From: an uncultured bacterium
GTDB lineage: Bacteria; Chloroflexota; Dehalococcoidia; Lucifugimonadales; UBA3495
Direction: 5' to 3'
DNA length: 64,000 bases
Assembly (NCBI GenBank): GCA_963997925.1
Contig: CAXEOX010000002.1
Location: 8,586-72,585 of the forward strand
Shown: one piece after another, positions 15,840-22,992 of the stretch
Layout of the letters: every line of letters begins with the position of its first letter
Numbering within the stretch: the first letter of the stretch is position 1
Notes under the pieces: model-generated
Told to the model about the DNA's origin: nothing
Database searches by the model: none
What the model saw: the letters and a program-made list of their open reading frames with translations, nothing else
Position numbers and translations under genes: made by a program

Positions 15840-17435
15840 TTGGTCAACAACAACGACATCGCCGACGTTCTAGTGATTGGAGCTGGAGCGTCCAGCGCGG
15901 CTTTCTGCTGGAGTCTGTCTCAAGCCGGTATCAACGTGGTCTGCTTGGAGCAGGGCGGCTGGCTCCCCCAGAACTCCTTTCCCACCACCGACCCAGACGC
16001 CCAACTGCACCTGCAAACGGACTTCAACTTCAACCCCAACTTCCGCAAGATGCCCGAGGACTATCCGATCAACGAGTCGGAAACACCCATTGCGCCGTTG
16101 ATGTGGAACGGGGTTGGCGGGGGGACTATTCACTGGGGATCGCATATTCCTCGGTTCCACCCGTCGGACTTTCTGCTCAAGACCCAGGACGGCGTCGCCG
16201 ACGACTGGCCGCTGACCTACCAGGAGCTTGAGCCCTACTACGACCTTAACGATCGCATGACCGGGGTGTCCGGTCTCAGCGGCGACCCGGCCTATCCGCC
16301 CAAGCCGGAACGGCCCTGCCCACCCCTGTCCATCCGCGGCGCCGGTAAAGCCATCGCCAAAGGATTCGACAAACTGGGTTGGCACTGGTGGTCGTCGGAC
16401 ACCGCCATCTCCTCGGTGACCTATGACGGACGGGAGCCCGACTCCGGCGGATTCCTGCGTTCCGGCGCGGGCGCCGACCTGAACTACTGGCCTAAAGCGG
16501 TGAACCATGGGACTAGGTTGAAGACCTACGCCCGAGTGCGAGAGATATTGGTTGACCAAAAAGGTGAGGCCACCGGTGCTCTTTACTACGATAAAGAAGG
16601 AAATCTGCAGGAGCAGCGGGCCAAGGTCGTGGTGATGGCCGCCAACGGCGTCGGCACCACCCGGCTGCTACTCAACTCCAAGTCGGTTCTGTTCCCCAAC
16701 GGTCTGGCCAACAGCTCAGGTCTGGTGGGCAAGAACCTGATGCACCACCCCACCGGCGTGGTTCTTGGCGTCTTCGACGAGTGGCTGGGAACCGATGAAG
16801 GTCCTCGCGGCAGCACCATGCTGAGCCAGGAGTTTTACGAGACCGACTTGAGCCGGGGATTCGTTCGTGGTTACGACATGCAGATCCTCAGCACGGGATC
16901 GGCGCCTCTGAACGCCGCTTTGGGCGGCTCCCAGGGCGACCGGGTGGTCTGGGGCTCGGGACATCACCAGGACTTCCAGGAAAAGTTCGGCCACACCGCT
17001 GGTATCATCATCATGACCGAAGACTTGCCGGAGGAGCACAACCAGGTGACTCTGGACCCGAACATGACCGATAGTCACGGCATACCCGCGGCCAAGATTC
17101 AGTACACCATCAGCGAGAACACCGACAAAATGCTGGGCCACGGCATCGACCGGGCCAAGGAAGTCTTGGACGCCGCCGGGGCCACAAAACTGCTGTGGTC
17201 CCACCAGCGCCGCAACGCCGGATGGCACCTGCTGGGCACCGCCCGCATGGGTGAAGACCCGTCGACTTCGGTGGTCGACCGGTGGGGCCGCGCCCACGAC
17301 GTTCCCAACCTGTTCATCATCGATGGCAGCATCTTCGTCACCGGGGCCTGCGTCAACCCAACGCCAACGATCCAGGCCCTAGCCCTCCGCACCGCCGATT
17401 ACTTGAAGGGTGAGGGCCGGTCGATTCTGGAGTAG
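15840..17435 (+). CDS. GMC-family FAD-dependent oxidoreductase
   Basis: TTG start preceded by GAGGAG. DVLVIGAGASSAAFCWSLSQAG Rossmann N-terminus, and C-terminal HLLGTARMGEDPSTSVVDRWGRAHDVPNLFIIDGSIF, typical of the GMC family. Confidence 0.9.
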   Translation: MVNNNDIADVLVIGAGASSAAFCWSLSQAGINVVCLEQGGWLPQNSFPTTDPDAQLHLQTDFNFNPNFRKMPEDYPINESETPIAPLMWNGVGGGTIHWGSHIPRFHPSDFLLKTQDGVADDWPLTYQELEPYYDLNDRMTGVSGLSGDPAYPPKPERPCPPLSIRGAGKAIAKGFDKLGWHWWSSDTAISSVTYDGREPDSGGFLRSGAGADLNYWPKAVNHGTRLKTYARVREILVDQKGEATGALYYDKEGNLQEQRAKVVVMAANGVGTTRLLLNSKSVLFPNGLANSSGLVGKNLMHHPTGVVLGVFDEWLGTDEGPRGSTMLSQEFYETDLSRGFVRGYDMQILSTGSAPLNAALGGSQGDRVVWGSGHHQDFQEKFGHTAGIIIMTEDLPEEHNQVTLDPNMTDSHGIPAAKIQYTISENTDKMLGHGIDRAKEVLDAAGATKLLWSHQRRNAGWHLLGTARMGEDPSTSVVDRWGRAHDVPNLFIIDGSIFVTGACVNPTPTIQALALRTADYLKGEGRSILE

Positions 17436-17439
17436 CGAA

Positions 17440-17479
17440 AGATCCCTTCTCCCTTTATGGGGGAAGGTTAGGATGGGGG
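17440..17479. repeat. Family-1 repeat unit
   Basis: GATCCCTTCTCCCTTTATGGGGGAAGGTTAGGATGGGGG is near-identical to the reverse complement of 54770-54812. Confidence 0.85.
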
Positions 17480-17640
17480 TGAGGTCTCATCCGGAGAACA
17501 GGCTCGGGGAGTCCGGATGTGGTGTTCATTGACACTCCAAACCCGAAACCGTAGGATAGCTTGAGATTCAGGCATAGCATATAGCCACCCATCACCCTGG
17601 CTAGTGGGCGATGAGATTTAAAGCAACGAGGTGATTTCTG

Positions 17641-18585
17641 ATGGCCGATGTTTTTGGTACCGGTGAATTCCTTTACAGCCACGTCCCTGACTGGGAAAAA
17701 CTGCCCGATGGCATGGCCTTCAAAGAGTGCCCCGGCGTGGCCGTGGACTCTCGAGACAACGTTTATGTCCTAACTCGCGGTGAACACCCCATCATCGTGT
17801 TCGACAAGGATGGAAACTTCATCCGCACATTCGGCGAGGGCCATTTCAGTGAGAACCGCACCCATGGTCTCTACATCGCGCATGACGACTCTCTTCTGGT
17901 CGCCGACGACGGCATCCACACCATACAGAAGTTCGGCCCGGAAGGCGACAAGCTGATGGAGATTGGTGAGAAGAACCATCCCGCCCCGGCATGGAGCGGC
18001 CAGCCGTTTAACCGACCTACGTCCGCCGCCATCATGCCCAGCAACGGCGACGTCTACGTTTCCGACGGGTATGGCAACTCCCGCATCCATGTTTATTCCG
18101 GCTCCGGCGATTACAAGTTCTCCTGGGGCAGCCCCGGCATCGACGCCGGCCAGTTCATCCGCCCGCATAACATCGCCGTGGACAGCGACGACAAGGTCTA
18201 CGTGGTAGACCGGGAAGCCCACCGCATCCAGATATTCGATGCCAGGGGCAACTTCCTAACTATGTGGAATAATATCCATCGCCCCGACTCCATGGTGCTG
18301 TGGAATGAACACATCTACGTCGGCGAACTGAACGGCATGGGCGGCGTTGACGAAGCCCCCGGACTGGGACACCGCGTCACCGTTTACGACTTGCAAGGCA
18401 ACCGGGTCTGCATCTTCGGCAGCGAAGAAGAGGGAGAAGGCCCCGGCCAGTTCATAGCTCCCCATGGCATCGCCGTCGACTCCAAGGGCGACGTGTACGT
18501 AGCCGAAGTCTCCTTCACCATCCGCGGTTCCAAGATGGACCCGCCTAAGGTGCTGCGCAGCTTCTCCAAGTACGCAAGGCAGTAG
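17641..18585 (+). CDS. NHL-repeat beta-propeller protein (peptidyl-alpha-hydroxyglycine alpha-amidating lyase-like family)
   Basis: Repeated blades of the type P.GIAVDS.G.VYV.D..N.RI..F...G. N-terminus FLYSHVPDWEKLPDGMAFKECPGVAVDSRDNVYVLTRG. Confidence 0.8.
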   Translation: MADVFGTGEFLYSHVPDWEKLPDGMAFKECPGVAVDSRDNVYVLTRGEHPIIVFDKDGNFIRTFGEGHFSENRTHGLYIAHDDSLLVADDGIHTIQKFGPEGDKLMEIGEKNHPAPAWSGQPFNRPTSAAIMPSNGDVYVSDGYGNSRIHVYSGSGDYKFSWGSPGIDAGQFIRPHNIAVDSDDKVYVVDREAHRIQIFDARGNFLTMWNNIHRPDSMVLWNEHIYVGELNGMGGVDEAPGLGHRVTVYDLQGNRVCIFGSEEEGEGPGQFIAPHGIAVDSKGDVYVAEVSFTIRGSKMDPPKVLRSFSKYARQ

Positions 18586-18619
18586 AAGGCGGGCGGTTAG
18601 CTGTTAACGCTTAGACGCA

Positions 18620-18697
18620 CCCCCATCCTAACCTTCCCCCATAAAGAGGGCGGGGACTAGTCTCCTCCCCGCTTGTGGCGGAGGATTAAGGTGGGGG
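18620..18697. repeat. Family-1 inverted pair (78 bp): CCCCCATCCTAACCTTCCCCC ... GGCGGAGGATTAAGGTGGGGG
   Basis: A reverse-complemented family-1 unit is directly followed by the related unit CTCCTCCCCGCTTGTGGCGGAGGATTAAGGTGGGGG. Same architecture as 54770-54934 but without the spacer. Confidence 0.85.
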
Positions 18698-18806
18698 AAC
18701 CCCACGCTGGATCCAGGTAAAATCCACCAACCACCTTCTAAAACCGCCAGGTGACCTAAAAGCTGATAGCTAACCACTGACAGCTATCTTCCGGAGGAAA
18801 ATCCAA

Positions 18807-19865
18807 TTGCAAGACCTTGGTGACACAACCACCGTTGTTTGGAACGACGCTTTAGAAGCCATTGAACGCTGCTATGCATTGGGCTGGGGCGACGGGTTGC
18901 CATTGGTGCCGCCGACGGCGGGCCGGGTGGCCGAGTTTCTGGAGTCGGCGGGTAAGTCTTCCGGGGAAGTCGTCGGGGAGATTCCCGAGCGGCGCCGAGA
19001 GATCACGGCGGGCAAAGTCGCCGCCAACGCCGTGATGGCTGGGTGCTTGCCGGAGTACATGCCGGTAGTGCTGGCTGCCACCGAAGCGATGCTGGCCCCG
19101 CCCTTCAATCTGGTAGGACCTTCTTCCAGCATGGGTGGATCCGCCGTGTTGGTCATCGTGAACGGACCGATCGCACAGAAGATTGGCGTCAATTCCCGCA
19201 ACAACCTTTTCGGACCGGGCAACCGGGCCAACGCAACTATCGGGCGAGCCGTTCGTCTGATATTGATGAACGCCTGCGCCGCGATTCCCGGCCTGTTCGA
19301 CCGGAGCGTTATTGGCCACCCTGGAAAGTACACCTATTGCATCGCCGAGGCTGAAACCGAGACCCACTGGAACCCGTTGCATGTTGAACGGGGATTCAAA
19401 CCGGAGCAGAGCGCCGTCACTGTGTTCGCCTCGGAAAGCCCCCGCCAGGTACGTTCTGTCGGTCGTCCTGAGGCCATCCTCCACTCCGTTGCCGACGCCG
19501 CGTCGTCCTTGGGCACCAACATGTCCACGTCAGGGTCGGTGGGTAACCCGGAAGCAGGGGTACGGCAGGGTGAGATTGTGGTGACAGTTGCGGGCAACTC
19601 GGCCCTTTGGAAGGACTGGACCAAGAAGCAGGTCAGGGACTTCCTCCACGAGAGGATCCGGCGGTCCGTAGCCGATTTGAAAAGAGCCCAAGTTTTCCCC
19701 GGCGATATCGAATCGGGCGACGAAGAGAGTTATATCTCGTTGATTCCCGAACCGGAAGATATATTGTTGGTCTTTGCCGGTGGCGAAGAGTCCAACATGT
19801 CGTCGGTGATTCCCAGTTGGGGGCCCAAGGTGGGGTCCACGGCGGTTACGAAGGAAGTTAAGTAG
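18807..19865 (+). CDS. Conserved-looking hypothetical protein (352 aa), function unknown
   Basis: TTG start preceded by GGAGGA. Protein-like composition throughout, with motifs GWGDGLPLVPPT, KVAANAVMAGCLPEYMPVV, NRANATIGRAVRL and GHPGKYTYCIAE. I cannot name a family. Confidence 0.7.
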   Translation: MQDLGDTTTVVWNDALEAIERCYALGWGDGLPLVPPTAGRVAEFLESAGKSSGEVVGEIPERRREITAGKVAANAVMAGCLPEYMPVVLAATEAMLAPPFNLVGPSSSMGGSAVLVIVNGPIAQKIGVNSRNNLFGPGNRANATIGRAVRLILMNACAAIPGLFDRSVIGHPGKYTYCIAEAETETHWNPLHVERGFKPEQSAVTVFASESPRQVRSVGRPEAILHSVADAASSLGTNMSTSGSVGNPEAGVRQGEIVVTVAGNSALWKDWTKKQVRDFLHERIRRSVADLKRAQVFPGDIESGDEESYISLIPEPEDILLVFAGGEESNMSSVIPSWGPKVGSTAVTKEVK

Positions 19866-19866
19866 C

Positions 19867-19914
19867 AGGGGGAAATCCCCGAAATCCCCCCAACCCCCCT
19901 TTACGAAAGGGGGC
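19867..19914. repeat. Palindromic repeat, family 7 (CCCCCCTTTACGAAAGGGGG + CCGAAATCCCCC)
   Basis: Hairpin CCCCCC-TTTACGAAA-GGGGG at 19894-19913. A related copy with the same loop lies at 33873-33909. Confidence 0.75.
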
Positions 19915-19964
19915 TTCGATGTTGATAGCTGACGGCTTAATGCTGAGAGCGTATGGAGGTTTTG

Positions 19965-20507
19965 ATGACTCAGAAGAACGAGTATGTTTTGGTTAATCCC
20001 ACCACACAGGCCATCGTCGCGCCTTTCGATGGGGCTCCCCGGTTGCCCACCGTTGCGGGAATCCGGTTGGGCATCATCGACGACAGTAAGCGGAACGCCG
20101 ACGTTCTGTTGCAGGAATTGGCCGAGGTTCTGCGAACCCGCTATGAGATTGCCGACGTGCAATGGCATCGCAAGCCCAGCGCATCCAGGGCTGCCGATCC
20201 AGCGGCGATAAAGGAGTTAGCTGCATCTTGCGATGCAGTGGTCATTGCCATCGGGGATTGAGGGTCCTGCAGTGCGTGCAGTGTGCACGACGGGATCCAC
20301 GTGGAGAACGCCGGTATACCATCGGCTACCATCTGTACCGACCGGTTCATCCCCACCGCCCGGGGAATGGCCAAGATGTGGGGCTCGGAAGACTACCCCA
20401 CCATATTCACCCAGCATCCCATCGAGAATATGACCAGGGAGCAGCTACGCCAGCGGGCCGAAGAACTGGCCCCTCAAGTGGTTGGCGTCTTGGTCGGCGG
20501 GCAGTAG
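19965..20507 (+). CDS. UGSC-type selenoprotein (in-frame UGA = Sec at 20259-20261), about 180 aa
   Basis: ORFs 19953-20261 and 20283-20507 share a frame, and the 21 nt between them are open. Reading through gives ...AVVIAIGD-U-GSCSACSVHDGIHVENAG.... GGAGG lies 5 nt before the ATG at 19965. A hairpin immediately follows the UGA. Confidence 0.7.
20262..20298 (+). promoter_or_regulatory. Candidate bacterial SECIS hairpin
   Basis: GGGUCCUG (20262-20269) pairs with CGGGAUCC (20291-20298) for 8 bp including 2 G-U pairs. An inner stem CGUGC/GCACG closes the loop AGUGU. Folded by eye only. Confidence 0.45.
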
Positions 20508-20520
20508 CCCATTAGAAAAG

Positions 20521-20587
20521 CCACGGAGACACAGAGAACACGGAGTAAGTAATCTAGAAAATCTCCGTGGCCTCTGTGTTTCTGGGG
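20521..20587. repeat. Palindromic intergenic repeat, family 3 (second copy)
   Basis: CCACGGAGACACAGAGAACACGGAG ... CTCCGTGGCCTCTGTGTTTCTGGGG sits between convergent genes, so it is terminator-like. Confidence 0.8.
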
Positions 20588-20594
20588 CAGCCGC

Positions 20595-20777
20595 CTACTC
20601 CCTCATCGCCGGCGGTAGCAGGTTGGGGATGGAGTCTTCGATGGGGTATATCTCGTCGCACTTATGGCAGACTAGAGAGCCCTGAATCACCTCGTCTCCT
20701 TCTTCCGTTTCCACCTTCAGTTCCAGTTCGCTCTTGCAAACCGGACAGGCCAGGATGTCCATCAGTTCCTTTTTCAA
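20595..20777 (-). CDS. Trm112-family small zinc-ribbon protein
   Basis: MKKELMDILACPVCKSELEL...LVCHKCDEIYPIEDSIPNLL is the classic Trm112/DUF343 pattern. Confidence 0.88.
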   Translation of the reverse strand: MKKELMDILACPVCKSELELKVETEEGDEVIQGSLVCHKCDEIYPIEDSIPNLLPPAMRE

Positions 20778-20832
20778 ATGTCCTCCAATAAGTATTCAGC
20801 GTACAGCCTTTAACTGTCAGCTTTTTCTATCT

Positions 20833-21318
20833 CTAGCTACGCAAGGCATTCTCAAATATGGCGTTGAGAATGTCCGACAATCCCAAGACTATCACACCGT
20901 AAATCAACAATGCTCCAGTGCCGGTGAGCCGGTCCTTGATTCTGCTCAAACGACCGTCTGCGATCCCCTCGTCATCAGGGTAAACCCGGGGTCGCAGGAA
21001 ACGCACGACGTAGAACATGTACAAGGCCAGGACAATCTTAACAACCAGTACCGCCACATAGAAAGCCGTTACGGCGGTGTCGGTGAGCCGGGTTGCTGAA
21101 AGCACGATGCCCGTGATCAACAGCACCCCGATGGCCGTGTTCACCAGGCTGCGAAATTCCTCCCCTATTGACCGGCGAGTTGTGCCACCGTTGGCGCCGG
21201 TTCGTCCCAGCGCGGGCCGCAAAACCATAAGCCAGAACATCCCTCCGCCGACCCAGGCGACGGCGGCTAAGAGGTGGAACCAGCGGATGGTCGTGATTAT
21301 CCAATCTAGGACGCCCAT
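20833..21318 (-). CDS. Integral membrane protein (about 4 TM, CopD-like motif), 161 aa
   Basis: Start trimmed to Met48 (MGVLDWIITTIRWFHLLAAVAWVGGGMFWLMVL), because the first 47 codons of ORF 20833-21459 read through the family-4 repeat. The CopD resemblance is tentative. Confidence 0.6.
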   Translation of the reverse strand: MGVLDWIITTIRWFHLLAAVAWVGGGMFWLMVLRPALGRTGANGGTTRRSIGEEFRSLVNTAIGVLLITGIVLSATRLTDTAVTAFYVAVLVVKIVLALYMFYVVRFLRPRVYPDDEGIADGRLSRIKDRLTGTGALLIYGVIVLGLSDILNAIFENALRS

Positions 21319-21340
21319 GGTTATGCGTGAGTAAGCTCCT

Positions 21341-21440
21341 ACGAATGATGGTTCGACAAGCCTGTCCTGAGCACAGTCGACGGGCTCGCCACGAACGATG
21401 CTTTCCACGGTCTCCGTTCGTCCCGAACTTGTCGAAGGAC
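21341..21440. repeat. Palindromic repeat, family 4 (second, longer copy)
   Basis: GTTCGACAAGCCTGTCCTGAGC ... GTCGACGGGCTCGCCACGAACG ... CCGTTCGTCCCGAACTTGTCGAAGG shares the TCGAC...CCACGAA / TTCGT...GTCGAA arms with 14270-14331. Confidence 0.7.
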
Positions 21441-21462
21441 CCACCGCGACGATTGCCAAAAC

Positions 21463-22056
21463 TTAAAACAGATCAAGGACCAGCTCGGTCAACTTTTCTG
21501 CGTCCAGTGTGCTTATTTCTGTCCTGACCAACCTTCCAGACTTGTCTATGAAAATCGTCGTTGGGAAGTAAGCCAACTTGTAATCCAAAGTGATTTGGGC
21601 CCCAGTGTCGGTGGCGAACCTGTAGGTCAGCCCCAGCTCTTCGACGAAATCTTTGGCGTCCTGCTCGGTATCGAAGCCTTGGGGAACGAACAGCCCCAAG
21701 AACAGCACGTCTTCATCCTTAACCTGCTGCCAGGATTTCTCGAAGTCTGGCATCTCTGCCCGGCAAGGTGGACAGGACGGGAACCAAAAATTGAGCACCA
21801 CCGCCCTCTGGCCGATCTGATCGGAAAGACGGAAACTTGTGCCGTCGAACAGGTTCACCTGGAAATCCGACGCTGGTTCTGGCGTCGCATCCCCGCCGAT
21901 GCATGACGCCAGCACAAGTATCATCAGACAGAATGGCGTCAAAATAACAAGCTTGGTGCCCGGGCGGAGACGCGGGGAATGGGCCGGGGAAACCTGTGGG
22001 GAAGAGTTAGCCACCATGCTTCTAGTTATTCTATAGAGGTGGCATGGGTGGGTCAA
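21463..22056 (-). CDS. TlpA/ResA-like thiol-disulfide oxidoreductase, probable lipoprotein
   Basis: VVLNFWFPSCPPCRAEMPDF is a thioredoxin-fold CxxC motif. Hydrophobic signal with lipobox LASC. The ORF starts at a TTG (22056); an alternative ATG at 22017 (MVANSS...) is equally plausible. Confidence 0.82.
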   Translation of the reverse strand: MTHPCHLYRITRSMVANSSPQVSPAHSPRLRPGTKLVILTPFCLMILVLASCIGGDATPEPASDFQVNLFDGTSFRLSDQIGQRAVVLNFWFPSCPPCRAEMPDFEKSWQQVKDEDVLFLGLFVPQGFDTEQDAKDFVEELGLTYRFATDTGAQITLDYKLAYFPTTIFIDKSGRLVRTEISTLDAEKLTELVLDLF

Positions 22057-22137
22057 TCTAGTAGGTCGGGATGTGTTGTTTGATTAACGTTGCAGCCGCG
22101 AATAAACTGACCGAAGAGTAAATGCAATGCCACGCCC

Positions 22138-22165
22138 GTAGGGGCGCACGGCCGTGCGCCCCTAC
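22138..22165. repeat. Perfect 28-bp palindrome, family 5 (GTAGGGGCGCACGGCCGTGCGCCCCTAC)
   Basis: Self-complementary over its full length. A related copy is at 22952-22979. The two flank the SDR gene. Confidence 0.85.
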
Positions 22166-22200
22166 CAACCCAAGACAAACTGTTCCAAGGAGAAACGAAA

Positions 22201-22950
22201 ATGCGGCTGGAAAACAAGGTTGCTTTGATCAGCGGCGGCGCCAGGGGAATGGGCGCCGTTGAGGCTAAACTTTTCACTACCGAAGGGGCGAAAGTCGTTA
22301 TTGGGGACGTGTTGGAGGAGGATGGCCGACGCACCGAAGCCGAGATAAACGAAGCGGGAGGGGAGTGCCTCTTCGTCCCGCTGGACGTTACCAATGAAGC
22401 TGCTTGGCAAGACGCGGTCCAGGCCGCCGTGAGACGGTTCGGCAAGTTGGATATCCTGGTGAATAACGCCGGCATCTACCGGACCGAGCGGGTGGAGGAA
22501 GTGAGCGAGGAGCTATGGGATCTCGTGATGGGAATCAACGCCAAGGGCGTTTTTCTGGGAACAAAGCACGCCATCCCCGAGATGCGAAACGCTGGGGGCG
22601 GCTCCATAGTTAACATCTCATCGGTGGCGGGGTTGGTTGGCGACCACATTTCTGCGGCCTACGCATCGTCGAAGGGTGCGGTGCGGCTACTAACCAAGTC
22701 GACGGCTATCCAGTATGCCAAGGAAGGGATACGCTGCAACTCGGTCCATCCCGGCACCATCGAAACCCCGATGACGGCCGACATGCTGGTGGACCCACAA
22801 TACCGCCAGGACCGGATGGAAAGAACTCCCTTACAACGCTTGGGGACCGCCCAAGACGTGGCCTACGGAGTTCTCTACCTGGCCTCGGACGAGTCTTCCT
22901 TCGTCACCGGCAGCGAGTTGGTGATAGACGGTGGGAGGATAGCGCAGTAG
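22201..22950 (+). CDS. SDR-family oxidoreductase
   Basis: KVALISGGARGMGA (TGxxxGxG), NNAG and YASSK (YxxxK); 249 aa. Confidence 0.9.
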   Translation: MRLENKVALISGGARGMGAVEAKLFTTEGAKVVIGDVLEEDGRRTEAEINEAGGECLFVPLDVTNEAAWQDAVQAAVRRFGKLDILVNNAGIYRTERVEEVSEELWDLVMGINAKGVFLGTKHAIPEMRNAGGGSIVNISSVAGLVGDHISAAYASSKGAVRLLTKSTAIQYAKEGIRCNSVHPGTIETPMTADMLVDPQYRQDRMERTPLQRLGTAQDVAYGVLYLASDESSFVTGSELVIDGGRIAQ

Positions 22951-22951
22951 C

Positions 22952-22979
22952 GTGGGGGCACGGCTAGCCGTGCCCCTAC
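22952..22979. terminator. Family-5 hairpin between convergent genes (GGGGCACGGC-TA-GCCGTGCCCC)
   Basis: Perfect 10-bp GC-rich stem lying 2 nt after the SDR stop and 14 nt before the ggt stop. With no U-tract, terminator function is only inferred from position. Confidence 0.5.
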
Positions 22980-22992
22980 CGGATCGAAGTTG

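Noticed and set aside
18620-18697. CRISPR array formed by the GC-rich palindromic repeats
   Set aside because: The repeats are dispersed singly or as inverted pairs in different intergenic regions. They are not regularly spaced direct repeats with unique spacers, and there are no cas genes.
21319-21459. First 47 codons of ORF 20833-21459
   Set aside because: They are encoded by the family-4 repeat copy. The hydrophobic protein plausibly starts at the Met at 21318.
22053-22475. 140-aa minus-strand ORF
   Set aside because: It overlaps the SDR gene start in antisense and runs through the family-5 palindrome. It has no ribosome-binding site.
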